DNA of 64,000 nucleotides from Minisyncoccota bacterium (GCA_028718635.1 JAQULK010000001.1:152626-216625), one strand, 5' to 3'; positions 35,736 to 45,524 are shown, numbered from the stretch's first letter. Made by a program: numbers and translations. Notes: generated from the letters alone by a model not told the origin.

Positions 35736-37007
35736 ATGAGTTTTTTCCTGACAATTAAAATGACCGTGCGCAGTTTGCTCAGTAGAAAAGGAAGATCTTT
35801 TCTTACTATGCTTGGCATTGTGATCGGAGTGGCGGGGGTGATCATCATCATCTCTCTCGGCGCGGGAGCGCAATCATTAGTGCTTGGCCAAATCAATAAG
35901 CTCGGTTCCAATCTGCTCTCTATCCAACCGGGGAAAAGCGATCCCAAAGGACCGCCAGCGCAAGTTTTTGGCGTTGTCGTTACCACTTTAGTTGAATCTG
36001 ACGCCGAAGCTCTGCGTTCTCCTTCCCAAGTTCCGCATGCGATAGCTATCAATGCTATGGTCCGCGGAGCTGGCACGGTAACTTGGCAAAATAGAAGTAC
36101 GGATACGAGTTTTTTGGGTACAGATTATGGATATGATAAGGTGGTTAATTTTTCAATGAGTTCCGGAGAATTTATTAGTGAGACGGCAAACAAAGCAGGA
36201 ACAAAAGTGGTAGTGCTGGGTTCTAAAGTTGCCGATGCTTTATTTGGAGGTACGGGAGTAGATCCTATTGACCAAGTCATTAAAATTAGAAGTACTTCTC
36301 AGGCGGATGCCGGCGGAGTACCCTTGCGCATAGTTGGAGTTGTCGAAAAAAGAGGCAGTGCTTTTTTTCAAGATCAAGATGATCAGATATTTATCCCGCT
36401 TTCCGTGGCGCAGAGTGAGCTTCTTGGGATTCATTACTTACAAGCGATAAATGTAAAAGTAGATTCGGCAGACAATATCGATCAGACGATAAGCGATATA
36501 ACTTATACTTTAAAACAAAGACATCACATATTGTCAGATGATAATATTGATTTTACTATCAGGGACCAGGCGGCGGCTGCCGATATTTTAAAAACCATTA
36601 CCAGCGCATTGTCTTTATTCCTTACTTCTATGGCGGCTGTTGCTTTGGTCGTGGGTGGTATTGGAATTTTAAACATAATGCTTGCCACAGTGGCGGAGAG
36701 AACTCGCGAGATAGGGTTGCGCAAAGCAGTGGGTGCCACAAACTCAATGGTCATGAGGCAATTTTTACTTGAAGCGGGAACGTTGACTTTGATCGGCGGA
36801 GTGATCGGCATTATTGTCGGCGTTTTAGTGTCTTACCTGATGGCGCTTTTAATGAAGTATTTGGGTTTTGATTGGGATTTTGTTATTTCGATTACATCTG
36901 TTCTCTTGGCTGTCGGAGTGTCTGTTTTGACTGGAGTTATTTTCGGTTTATATCCATCATTAAAAGCTTCGAGATTAAATCCAATAGATGCATTAAGATA
37001 TGAATAA
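35736..37007 (+). CDS. ABC transporter permease (MacB-like periplasmic domain plus FtsX domain)
   Basis: N-terminal TM, large periplasmic domain, C-terminal FtsX-type four-helix region ending PIDALRYE. Confidence 0.85.
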   Translation: MSFFLTIKMTVRSLLSRKGRSFLTMLGIVIGVAGVIIIISLGAGAQSLVLGQINKLGSNLLSIQPGKSDPKGPPAQVFGVVVTTLVESDAEALRSPSQVPHAIAINAMVRGAGTVTWQNRSTDTSFLGTDYGYDKVVNFSMSSGEFISETANKAGTKVVVLGSKVADALFGGTGVDPIDQVIKIRSTSQADAGGVPLRIVGVVEKRGSAFFQDQDDQIFIPLSVAQSELLGIHYLQAINVKVDSADNIDQTISDITYTLKQRHHILSDDNIDFTIRDQAAAADILKTITSALSLFLTSMAAVALVVGGIGILNIMLATVAERTREIGLRKAVGATNSMVMRQFLLEAGTLTLIGGVIGIIVGVLVSYLMALLMKYLGFDWDFVISITSVLLAVGVSVLTGVIFGLYPSLKASRLNPIDALRYE

Positions 37008-37122
37008 TCCCGAACGAAATCGCGGACGCATAAAGTAAACAAAATTATGAAATTGATAAAATATATTATAAATAATAAAAAGGACAAACAAGCGTAAGCG
37101 TACGCGTCCTATTTCGTACGGG

Positions 37123-38367
37123 ATGAATAAAGCATTAAGACAATCTATTAAAGCGCTACGAGCCAATAAAGGAAGAACTTTTTTGACGATGCTTGGAATT
37201 ATTATTGGCATTGGAACGGTTGTTTTGGTGCTTTCTGCCGGGGCAGGCTTTCGTTCGTTGATTGATTCCCAAGTCGCAGTGTATGGAAGCAACACTTTGT
37301 TTGTCCAAACCCACATTCCTTCTGCCACAAAACAAAGAAGCGATGCAACGGATGGTCCCGGAGGCGCAATCGTCGGAGTTGTTATTACTAGTTTTAAGCA
37401 AAGAGACTTAGATACTATTAATAAATTGCACAATGTGGCTGGAAGTTATGGTTTTATCACCGGACAAGCCGTTGCGCAATATAGAGACAATAAAAAAAGT
37501 TCTATCTATTATGGAGTCGGGGCGGACAGATTTAATTTTGATAAAACAAAACTTTCTTCCGGAAGATTTTTTTCTAAAGTAGAAGATGCGAGCGGAGCGC
37601 AAGTAGCGATCCTCGGGGCTACCGTCGCCGAAGATCTTTTTGGACAAGATGATCCAATCGGAAAATCTTTTAAACTCGGCGGTTTAAATTTTCAGGCGAT
37701 CGGAGTCTATGCTCCGCAAGGAGCGCTCTCTGAGAGCGATGGTATAGTTTTTATTCCGCTTAATACAGCGCAGAAAAAATTACTTGGTGTAAATTATATC
37801 ACTATCGCAGTGGTGGCTTTGAACGATATGAATGAAGCGGATGCTACCGCCGAGCAAATAAAAATTGCGCTTAGAAACAATCACAATATTACTGATCCAG
37901 CCAAAGATGATTTCATTGTTCAGACACAAGCGCAAGCCTTGGAAACTTTCAACGTTATTTTCGATGGCATAACTTATCTGCTTATCGCTATCGCCGCTAT
38001 CTCTCTTTTGGTGGGAGGCGTTGGTATTATGAACATTATGTACGTCGTGGTCACAGAACGAACAGCAGAAATCGGGCTCAAGAAAGCTCTTGGCGCGCGC
38101 GAGTCGGATATTTTAAAAGAGTTTCTAGTAGAAGCGGTGCTGGTCACTATTGCGGGAGGTCTGATAGGGATAGGCCTCGGATCATTTTTGGGTTTTATTA
38201 TTTCTCTCATTGCCAAAGGAGCAAACCTCGCTTGGACATTTTCCGTGCCGGTCTATGCCATTGTGCTTGCGTTTAGCGTCTCGGCAATAATCGGAATATC
38301 CTTCGGGGTTTTTCCAGCCAAATCAGCCGCCCAAATGGATCCCGTGGAGGCCATGCGATATGAATAA
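37123..38367 (+). CDS. ABC transporter permease (MacB/FtsX family, second copy)
   Basis: Same architecture as the preceding permease; ends PVEAMRYE. Confidence 0.85.
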   Translation: MNKALRQSIKALRANKGRTFLTMLGIIIGIGTVVLVLSAGAGFRSLIDSQVAVYGSNTLFVQTHIPSATKQRSDATDGPGGAIVGVVITSFKQRDLDTINKLHNVAGSYGFITGQAVAQYRDNKKSSIYYGVGADRFNFDKTKLSSGRFFSKVEDASGAQVAILGATVAEDLFGQDDPIGKSFKLGGLNFQAIGVYAPQGALSESDGIVFIPLNTAQKKLLGVNYITIAVVALNDMNEADATAEQIKIALRNNHNITDPAKDDFIVQTQAQALETFNVIFDGITYLLIAIAAISLLVGGVGIMNIMYVVVTERTAEIGLKKALGARESDILKEFLVEAVLVTIAGGLIGIGLGSFLGFIISLIAKGANLAWTFSVPVYAIVLAFSVSAIIGISFGVFPAKSAAQMDPVEAMRYE

Positions 38368-38376
38368 GTTAGTGAT

Positions 38377-38640
38377 TTAGATTTCTTTATTCAAGCGAGC
38401 GTTGCGATAGAAGAGCAAAATATCTATCGAGACCATTATGCTATTTAGTATGTAAAGATAAATTACTAGATCAAAATTATAAAAAATTTTGTGTAATATT
38501 CCAAATATATAGCCCAAAAGAAGTATAAATAAAAACGTCACACTTTTTCCGTTATTTTTCCTAGAAGTATAGGAACGATAAATAGAAAAAGGCCAAGCAG
38601 AACCAAAACACACCAACATTCCAATTTCAAATATAGACAT
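38377..38640 (-). CDS. Small 3-TM membrane protein (possible PQ-loop/SemiSWEET-like)
   Basis: 87 aa, three hydrophobic helices; weak resemblance only. Confidence 0.35.
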   Translation of the reverse strand: MSIFEIGMLVCFGSAWPFSIYRSYTSRKNNGKSVTFLFILLLGYIFGILHKIFYNFDLVIYLYILNSIMVSIDILLFYRNARLNKEI

Positions 38641-38659
38641 AGGGTGTATTATAGCATGT

Positions 38660-39628
38660 CTATCTCAGAATCAAATTAAATAAATACCCAGTGAACATAA
38701 TTCCCACTCCCACAATTCCGGCAAATATAAAAATAAGTTTCGTTTTCATAACTTTCTTCAAGATCATAAATTCCGGCAAGGATAGGCCCGTAACAGACAT
38801 CATAAATGCCAGAGTTGTGCCGATGGACACTCCTTTTTCAGTCAAAGTAGACACAAGGGGAATAACTCCGGCTGCGTTTGAATATAAAGGAATGCCTATG
38901 AGTACAGCGAGCGGTACAGCGTACCATTTATCACTTCCTGCATATTGAGCCAAGAAATCAGCGGGAACATAACCGTGTATCCAAGCGCCAATCCCGATAC
39001 CTATTAAAATATAAACCCAAACTTTTCTTAAAATATCTAAAGTGTAATCTCTCGCGTAAAGGATTCTTTCTTTTTTGGTCATTATTGGCAGGCTTCCATT
39101 TTTATTTATTATGTTCTCGTAAACAAACGGTTCAACTAAATTTTCCACTTTCATTTTGCTAATAATAATTCCTGAAAGAATTGAAATAACGAGTCCGCTC
39201 ACTACATACATCAAGGCAATCTTCCAGCCGAACATTCCTAAAAGCAACACGAGAGCCACTTCGTTTATCATCGGGGAGGCTACTAAAAAAGAAAACGTTG
39301 TCCCGAGCGGAACTCCTGCTTGAATAAAACCCAAGAACAATGGAATAGCGGAACAAGAGCAAAAAGGCGTAATTATTCCCAAAAGCGAAGCAATGACATT
39401 TCCCATATATTTACTTTCGCGGGAAAGAATAGTCCTTATCTTTTCTGGCGGTAAATAAGAACGGATTATTGAAACGATAAAAATAATAACTGAAAGCAGG
39501 ATAATTATTTTTAAAGTGTCATAAATAAAAAAATTAACTGCGCTGGCTTTTAATGTGCTGGGAATTATTTTAAAAACAGAATATGTAAACCAATCAGCTA
39601 ATAATTGTATGGGATAAAATATATTCAT
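38660..39628 (-). CDS. Permease of the DUF318/ArsP family
   Basis: Multi-TM protein with the conserved TPFCSCSAIP motif characteristic of DUF318 (ArsP-like) permeases. Confidence 0.65.
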   Translation of the reverse strand: MNIFYPIQLLADWFTYSVFKIIPSTLKASAVNFFIYDTLKIIILLSVIIFIVSIIRSYLPPEKIRTILSRESKYMGNVIASLLGIITPFCSCSAIPLFLGFIQAGVPLGTTFSFLVASPMINEVALVLLLGMFGWKIALMYVVSGLVISILSGIIISKMKVENLVEPFVYENIINKNGSLPIMTKKERILYARDYTLDILRKVWVYILIGIGIGAWIHGYVPADFLAQYAGSDKWYAVPLAVLIGIPLYSNAAGVIPLVSTLTEKGVSIGTTLAFMMSVTGLSLPEFMILKKVMKTKLIFIFAGIVGVGIMFTGYLFNLILR

Positions 39629-39666
39629 AAATCTGTGAAACTTCTTTATTTAATTTAATTCGTTTG

Positions 39667-39751
39667 CGGAAACGGTGAGATTCGAACTCACGGTGCCTTG
39701 CGGCACTCTTGTTTTCAAGACAAGTGCGTTAGACCACTCCGCCACGTTTCC
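39667..39751 (-). tRNA. tRNA-Ser (anticodon UGA)
   Basis: Minus-strand cloverleaf with long variable arm; acceptor GGAAACG/CGTTTCC; anticodon loop CTTGAAA. Confidence 0.8.
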
Positions 39752-39762
39752 GTCTTTTATGA

Positions 39763-40275
39763 CTAGTTCAGTATAGCTATTTCAGGTTTTTTCTCAAGTT
39801 TATTTTTTAACCAGCTGTTTTTTAAAAAATGTTCTTCATAATGACAATTTGGGCAAATAAGCTCTAAATTTTTGAGTTCATTATTATTTCTATCTCTGTT
39901 TTTATGATGAACTTGCAATATTTCATATTTATCATAATCACATTTCTCGCATTTTTTACCTCTTACTTTTAGCAATCTAAGTTTCAAAAGTTGTTGAGAC
40001 TTTACTTTGCTTTTTGAAGGTCTTCCGATTTTATATTTTATGCCTGTTCTGTATTTATTTGCACAACTTCTGCTACAAGTTTTTTTATTTAGGCCAGTCA
40101 AAATTAATTTTCCACACATTGAGCAGGGGATTTCTTTTCTAAGAGAAATACCATAACAAGCAGGACTACAAAAGACTCGACCCTTATTTGCTGCTATCTC
40201 AGAAGGTCTTCTATAAATTTCTTTTTTACAAATACTGCAATTAGTATTTGGATTTCTTTTATATGCCTCAGCCAC
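39763..40275 (-). CDS. HNH endonuclease with N-terminal zinc-ribbon repeats
   Basis: CEKCDYDKYEILQVHHKNRDRNNNELKNLELICPNCH HNH motif; GTG start; 12 nt from tRNA-Ser. Confidence 0.8.
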   Translation of the reverse strand: MAEAYKRNPNTNCSICKKEIYRRPSEIAANKGRVFCSPACYGISLRKEIPCSMCGKLILTGLNKKTCSRSCANKYRTGIKYKIGRPSKSKVKSQQLLKLRLLKVRGKKCEKCDYDKYEILQVHHKNRDRNNNELKNLELICPNCHYEEHFLKNSWLKNKLEKKPEIAILN

Positions 40276-40341
40276 TCATCCAGTATACCACAAAATTTGC
40301 ATCAAAAAATACCCCAGTTGGCTGGGGTATTTTTTGATTAT

Positions 40342-40599
40342 TTATTTAATTTCAGTTTTGTTGGCGGTTAGAATTTCTTTTATATCTGCCCATTTCTTTT
40401 TAGAAACGTAAAAGATATAAATAATTTCTAAGATACCGACGGTGTTCAATACAAGAAGCGCAAGAAACCACCCTTTTTGATTATTTTTGGAGGCTGTCCA
40501 CAAAGCGCAACCTTTCCAAAATAGAGACCATATTAAAATTGGTAATAATAGACCCCAACCCCAACCGCTATTCATAAACAATGGATTAAATTGATTCAT
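40342..40599 (-). CDS. Small membrane protein (2 TM), hypothetical
   Basis: 85 aa, Trp-rich N-terminus and two TM helices. Confidence 0.4.
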   Translation of the reverse strand: MNQFNPLFMNSGWGWGLLLPILIWSLFWKGCALWTASKNNQKGWFLALLVLNTVGILEIIYIFYVSKKKWADIKEILTANKTEIK

Positions 40600-40720
40600 G
40601 CGGTATATTATAACAGATAATTATTTTTGTGCTACCCCGACACTTATTTTTGCAAGGTGCCAAGGGCACGCAACAAAGTTGCATTGCAAAGATAAGTGTG
40701 GGGGTGCTAGTATTCTCAAT

Positions 40721-41179
40721 ATGAATACAGGGAGATTTTTGGGAATTGATTTTGGGACAAAAAGGATAGGAGTGGCTATTTCAGACGAAAATCACACCTT
40801 GGCTTTTCCAAAAGAAATCGTTTTGAATAACCCAAATACTTTTAAAAAGCTCGGCGAGATAATAAAAAAAGAAAAAGTGGCAGAAATCGTGGTCGGAGAA
40901 TCTGTGGATTTTTCAGGGAAATTAAATGCTTTATCCGGTAGGATTGAAGTTTTTATTTTGGAATTGAAAGAGCATTTCAAATTGCCGGTGCATAAGCAAA
41001 AAGAATTCTTAACTTCAGTGGAGGCTCGCCGATATGAAGATCTTGGCGGGCAAGCTAGAAAATCTAATGCTCATAGCAGATTGAAGCAAATAAAGTCTGG
41101 CCGAATAGATGCCTCCGCGGCGGCTCTCATCTTACAGCGATATTTAGATAAAATAAATATCGTAAATCATGAAACATAA
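40721..41179 (+). CDS. ruvX: Putative pre-16S rRNA nuclease / Holliday junction resolvase-like protein YqgF (RuvX)
   Basis: FLGIDFGTKRIGVAISDE N-terminal RNase H-like motif. Start set at the ATG at 40721 rather than the ORF-track start at 40598. Confidence 0.8.
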   Translation: MNTGRFLGIDFGTKRIGVAISDENHTLAFPKEIVLNNPNTFKKLGEIIKKEKVAEIVVGESVDFSGKLNALSGRIEVFILELKEHFKLPVHKQKEFLTSVEARRYEDLGGQARKSNAHSRLKQIKSGRIDASAAALILQRYLDKINIVNHET

Positions 41180-41302
41180 ACTTTTCTTCGGTACGGATTT
41201 TTTGAAGCTTAAAAAATCCTGAAGTTCTCGGCTCGCCAGCCTCGAAACCCCTGCGAAAAGTTATGTTTCGTGATTTAGAGACAAATAGGTTATAATATTT
41301 GT

Positions 41303-42400
41303 ATGTCTGGTAATTTATTTAATAAATTCCTTCTAAGATTTTTTCCTTTGCCTAAATTTCTTTCTGAACCTTTTTTTGGTTTAGATATTTCAGATGAATC
41401 CATAAAATTCGTAGAGCTTGTTTCCACTAAAAATGGTATTCGAGTGGGGAAGTATGGAGAGCGAAGTATCCCCCAAGGAGTCATCGAGTCGGGGAAAATA
41501 AAAGACTCAAGAAAAATGGAGGAAATTCTCTCAGCGCTCCGAAAAGAAGAAAAAATAAAATACGTTCGGGTTTCCTTGCCGGAAGAACAAGCGTACCTTT
41601 TTCCGCTTAAATTAGAAAAAAACGGTTTGAAAAATGTCCGAGAGGGAATCGAGCTTGCCCTTGAAGACCATATCCCGATTTCGGCCCAGGATACAATTTT
41701 TGATTACGAAATAGTTAGTGAAAATGTTAAAAATCTGGAAGTTCAAGTCACCGCAGTTCCTCAAAATATAATTAAAAATTACTTATTGATTTTTAAACAG
41801 TCTAATATATCAGTCAAATCATTTGAACTCGAAGCACAGGCAGTTTCGAGAGCGGTTGTAAAAAAGGGAGATATGGATACTTATATGATCGTGGATTTTG
41901 GCAAAAGACGAACCGGTATTTTTATTGTTTCCAGAGGTATCGTGGTATTCACATCCACTCTCGATTTGGGAGGAATGACGCTGACCCAGATGATTCAGAA
42001 AAATTTCAACATTAGTTTCGAAGAAGCGGAAGAAAAAAAGGAAAAGTACGGGTTGGAGCGAAATGCGGACAATAAAGAAATATTCTCAGTGCTTTTAAAC
42101 AGTGTTTCCATTTTGCGGGACGAAATAGTAAAACACTTTTTATATTGGCAGACGCATAAAGACGAGGAGGGGAAAAATAATCCACTGATAAAAAAGATAA
42201 TTTTTTGCGGAGGAGATGCCAATTTAAAAGGGTTGGCTGATTACATTTCTATCAGCATGAAAAGTACTGTGGAGATGGCAAACGTCTGGACTAATATATC
42301 AAATACAGAAAATTATATTCCGGAAATGAGTTTCAAGCAGTCGCTTTCATTTGCTACAGCTTTAGGGTTGGCGCTCGGGGATTTTGATAAGAATAATTAG
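41303..42400 (+). CDS. pilM: Type IV pilus assembly protein PilM
   Basis: Actin-like ATPase fold: FFGLDISDESIKFVEL..., about 350 aa, followed by PilN/PilO-like genes. Confidence 0.8.
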   Translation: MSGNLFNKFLLRFFPLPKFLSEPFFGLDISDESIKFVELVSTKNGIRVGKYGERSIPQGVIESGKIKDSRKMEEILSALRKEEKIKYVRVSLPEEQAYLFPLKLEKNGLKNVREGIELALEDHIPISAQDTIFDYEIVSENVKNLEVQVTAVPQNIIKNYLLIFKQSNISVKSFELEAQAVSRAVVKKGDMDTYMIVDFGKRRTGIFIVSRGIVVFTSTLDLGGMTLTQMIQKNFNISFEEAEEKKEKYGLERNADNKEIFSVLLNSVSILRDEIVKHFLYWQTHKDEEGKNNPLIKKIIFCGGDANLKGLADYISISMKSTVEMANVWTNISNTENYIPEMSFKQSLSFATALGLALGDFDKNN

Positions 42401-42947
42401 TTATATGATTAATTTAATTCCAAAAGAAGAAAAAAAGGAGAAAGTCATAGATTTCTATTTTAGGCTTGTGATTTTATTTATAGCCATGCTGGATTTTTGT
42501 ATTTTGGTCGCCTTTTTCTCTTTGCTCCCATCCTATTTTATTTCTTCTGTAAAACATTCCTTGACCAGCGCAAGGTTGGAAAATCAAAAATTAGAACCAC
42601 TGCCTCTTCAAGGAGAGGATTCCTTGGTTTTATTAAAAGACATAAACAATAAAATTACCCTAGTCGAAAAATTTGAAAAAAATAAATTTCCCCTCTCTGT
42701 CAAAGTGATCAATGCTATTCTCTTAAACAAAAGACCCGATATTAAAATCACGGAAATTTCATATGAAAACAACGGGACAAGCGAGAAAAAAATAAGCATT
42801 ACCGGCGTCGCGCCGTCTCGCGAAGTCTTGCTTTTATTCCGCGAGGCATTGGAAAACAGTTCGTCTTTCAAGAATGTCAATTTGCCGATTTCAAATTTTG
42901 TGAAAGGATCCAATATCAATTTCAATTTGAGCTTAACCCCTTCATAA
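42384..42947 (+). CDS. pilN: Type IV pilus assembly protein PilN-like (single N-terminal TM)
   Basis: Size, single TM near the N-terminus, position after pilM. Confidence 0.5.
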   Translation: MIRIISYMINLIPKEEKKEKVIDFYFRLVILFIAMLDFCILVAFFSLLPSYFISSVKHSLTSARLENQKLEPLPLQGEDSLVLLKDINNKITLVEKFEKNKFPLSVKVINAILLNKRPDIKITEISYENNGTSEKKISITGVAPSREVLLLFREALENSSSFKNVNLPISNFVKGSNINFNLSLTPS

Positions 42948-42960
42948 TCACAATAGAACC

Positions 42961-43500
42961 ATGAAAAATAATTTTCAAAAAATATTAATACTCATTTCCA
43001 TAATACTTTTGTTTTTGCTTTCTTTTGCTTTTGTATTTACTTATCAAAAGATTAATGACAATAATCAAAAAACAGAGCAAGATACGATAAATTTAAAAAC
43101 AGAGACGCTCCGACGCGACAACATCGCCTCTCTTGATCAGTCTCTTCAAAAAATCGCCCCCGATAGGATTTCGCTTGAAAACCATTTTATCAAAAGTTCG
43201 GATATTGTCCCTTTTTTGAATATGATCGAAAGGTTGGGAGAGGAATCAGGGGTTTCGACTGAAATCAATTCAATCAGTACCAAGACGGACAACACAGAAC
43301 TGACGGTTGAGTTAAGGGCAGCAGGCAGGTTTGAAGGAATCTATAAATTTCTAACGCTCTTAGAAAATTCTCCATACGAACTTGATTTTACCTCAATGAA
43401 CATCCATAAAGCCGGCTCCTCCAGCGCAACTGATAAAAATGCCAAAGGTCCGAATTGGGAGGCCGTTTTTAAAATTAAACTTTTAAGCTTTATTCCATGA
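42961..43500 (+). CDS. pilO: Type IV pilus assembly protein PilO-like
   Basis: N-terminal TM, predicted coiled coil, position after pilN. Confidence 0.45.
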   Translation: MKNNFQKILILISIILLFLLSFAFVFTYQKINDNNQKTEQDTINLKTETLRRDNIASLDQSLQKIAPDRISLENHFIKSSDIVPFLNMIERLGEESGVSTEINSISTKTDNTELTVELRAAGRFEGIYKFLTLLENSPYELDFTSMNIHKAGSSSATDKNAKGPNWEAVFKIKLLSFIP

Positions 43501-43808
43501 ATAAAATAAATTTATTTAAAAAAGAGAAAAGTTTTAAGAAAAAAGATTTAACTTTCCATTCCAGTTTGTATTGGAGAATTATTCTTTTCGTTGCAGCTAT
43601 TATAATTCTTTTGTCTTTTATTTTCGGTTACCGTCTTTTCCTCCAAATAAATCAAGATCCTGCTTTGCCAATTGGAGACAATAGCGGACAACTTCCTTTG
43701 GTTAATAAAGACCGCATTGACAAGGCGTTGAATTATTTTTCCGAGAGAGAAAGCAAGTCGACAGAAATATTAAATTCTCCTGCGCCTATCGTTGACCCTT
43801 CGTTGTAA
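43497..43808 (+). CDS. Hypothetical small membrane protein (possibly pilus-associated)
   Basis: 103 aa with one TM; translationally coupled to the preceding gene. Confidence 0.35.
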   Translation: MNKINLFKKEKSFKKKDLTFHSSLYWRIILFVAAIIILLSFIFGYRLFLQINQDPALPIGDNSGQLPLVNKDRIDKALNYFSERESKSTEILNSPAPIVDPSL

Positions 43809-43924
43809 AAATGGTAATTTGAATAGGTGTTGAGAGGTAAGATTAATATTTGCGCGGTTAGCTGTTTTGGTAGGTCGTTAACTTAGAGTTAGTTATTAGG
43901 TAATTTTTTTGACAGTATAAATAT

Positions 43925-44000
43925 GCGCGGTTAGCTCAGTTGGTAGAGCAACTCATTTACACTGAGAAGGTCGGGGGTTCAAGTCCCTCACCGCGCACCA
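43925..44000 (+). tRNA. tRNA-Val (anticodon UAC), CCA encoded
   Basis: Acceptor GCGCGGT/ACCGCGC, D arm GCTCAGTTGGTAGAGC, anticodon loop TTTACAC, T arm GGGGGTTCAAGTCCCTC, 3' ACCA. Confidence 0.8.
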
Positions 44001-44011
44001 GAATAGAACTT

Positions 44012-44419
44012 ATGGAAAAATATCACAAAGAAAAAAGTAAAATAGAAAGGTGGTCGCCACAGGCAGAGGAAATAGAAAATTCAAAAAGAGAAATAAAAAT
44101 TCTTGCAAATAAATTAGTTGTTTTAGAAGATGAAATTAAAGTTTTGGAAGATAAAATGGTTGGAGTGAAAAATAAACTGAAAGGAATTATGCCTATGTCT
44201 AAAACCGGTAAAGAAAAAGAATTTAAAACTTTTAACTGTCATTTGAGGGAGCGGGAGGACTTTATCCAAAAAGAAATAGATAACAAAACGGAATTAATGA
44301 CGCTCTATAATATGGAGATGGAGGCTTTAGGGGTGTGGATTAATGGATTGCGAATGGATGAAAGAGTGGAAGATATTTTGTTTTCCGCCCAAGAAAGCCC
44401 ATCTAATCTTGAGAACTAA
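44012..44419 (+). CDS. Hypothetical coiled-coil protein
   Basis: ORF starts MEKYHKEKSKIERW. The ORF-track N-terminal extension overlaps tRNA-Val and was rejected. Confidence 0.4.
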   Translation: MEKYHKEKSKIERWSPQAEEIENSKREIKILANKLVVLEDEIKVLEDKMVGVKNKLKGIMPMSKTGKEKEFKTFNCHLREREDFIQKEIDNKTELMTLYNMEMEALGVWINGLRMDERVEDILFSAQESPSNLEN

Positions 44420-44648
44420 TATTTTATAATTTCGGTCCTGACAAATTCCGTTCAGCTTGATGGCTATATAAAAGATATGCGTCGACGTGATAAGGAACTT
44501 TCTAAAGGGTGGGGGCAAATTGCCACCCCCCTTTCGGTAGAGACAAAAGGTGGTAAACAAATGCTAAATTGCGCAAATTTGCAGGGTGTTTTCCGTATCA
44601 TTTGCGAATAGTGTCAGTGTGGGGATAAAAATGTAGTATAATAGATTT

Positions 44649-45476
44649 ATGGACAACGAAATCAAAATAGCCATTTTCAAAGGCAAGGAAATCAGAAAAA
44701 TCATTTATAATAATGAATGGTGGTTTTCGGTTGTGGATGTTATTGAAGTTTTGACGGATAGCGTCAATCCTCGAGATTATTGGTATAGAATGAAAGCAAG
44801 AGTTAAAGATGAGGATGGGGTTGAGTTGTCGACAATTTGTCGACAACTGAAACTGCAATCTTCCGACGGGAAATTTTATGAAACCGACTGTGCCAACACC
44901 GAAGGCTTATTTCGAATTATTCAGTCCATTCCTTCTCCTAAAGCCGAGCCACTAAAAAGATGGCTTGCCAAAGTGGGCTATGAACGAATTCAGGAAATTG
45001 AAGATCCTGAATTAGCCACCAAAAGAACACGAATTTTATACAAACTCAAAGGCTATCCCGACAACTGGATCGAAAAAAGAATGCGAGGCATCGCTATCCG
45101 CGAAGAATTGACAGACGAATGGAAAAAACGAGGAGCCAAAGAGCAACGGGAATACGAAATTTTGACAGCGGAAATTTCCAAAGCGAGTTTCGGTGTTACT
45201 CCGAGCGAATACAAAAAACTAAAAGGATTAAAAAGGGAAAACCTGCGTGACCATATGGACGATTTTGAACTTATCTTTAATATGCTCGGCGAAAGAGCTA
45301 CAACTGAAATACACAGAACTGAAAATTCCCAAGGTGTGGTAAAATTAAAAGCTGATGCTAAAGCTGGTGGCAGTATTGCCGGTGGGGCCAGGAAAAAACT
45401 TGAAAAACGATTAGGCCGGTCCATTGTTTCTAAAAACAATTTTAAGTTGTTAAAAAATAGGAAAAGGTTAAAATAA
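44649..45476 (+). CDS. Bro-N domain protein / DNA-damage-inducible protein D (DinD)-like
   Basis: N-terminal Bro-N-like segment (IKIAIFKGKEIRKIIYNNEWWFSVVDVIEVL) and a C-terminal DinD-like region (LRDHMDDFELIFNMLGERATTEIH...GGSIAGGARKKLE). TATAAT lies 7 nt upstream of the ATG. Confidence 0.65.
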   Translation: MDNEIKIAIFKGKEIRKIIYNNEWWFSVVDVIEVLTDSVNPRDYWYRMKARVKDEDGVELSTICRQLKLQSSDGKFYETDCANTEGLFRIIQSIPSPKAEPLKRWLAKVGYERIQEIEDPELATKRTRILYKLKGYPDNWIEKRMRGIAIREELTDEWKKRGAKEQREYEILTAEISKASFGVTPSEYKKLKGLKRENLRDHMDDFELIFNMLGERATTEIHRTENSQGVVKLKADAKAGGSIAGGARKKLEKRLGRSIVSKNNFKLLKNRKRLK

Positions 45477-45509
45477 AATCAAACTATGCCTTACACAAAC
45501 TTCAAAATC

Positions 45510-45524
45510 GAGAGAGAGAGAGAG
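45510..45524 (+). repeat. (GA)7 dinucleotide microsatellite abutting the GTG start of the beta-helix surface protein gene
   Basis: GAGAGAGAGAGAGAG immediately followed by GTGAATGAC. Confidence 0.8.

Noticed and set aside
35732-36076. Antisense or overlapping ORFs inside well-supported genes (e.g. 35732..36076, 522..713, 22252..22662, 31780..32214, 36993..37433, 60914..61423)
   Set aside because: They lie entirely within CDSs that have clear family motifs on the opposite strand or another frame. Their translations are low-complexity or Pro/Ser/Arg-rich. They are typical GC-region shadow ORFs.
40598-40720. N-terminal extension of the ruvX ORF (start at 40598)
   Set aside because: The extension is Cys/His-rich nonsense covering a repeat hairpin. 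Conserved YqgF proteins start at MNTGRFLGIDFG, which corresponds to the ATG at 40721.
43940-44011. N-terminal 24 aa of ORF 43940..44419
   Set aside because: It overlaps tRNA-Val on the same strand (MVEQLIYTEKVGGSSPSP is a translation of the tRNA). The gene more likely starts at the ATG at 44012.
44420-44648. LexA/SOS box upstream of the DinD-like gene and of uvrA/uvrB
   Set aside because: I looked for CTGT-N8-ACAG and GAAC-N4-GTTC type boxes and found only imperfect palindromes (AAATTGCGCAAATTT; ATCATATGAT). They are not convincing enough to call an SOS operator.
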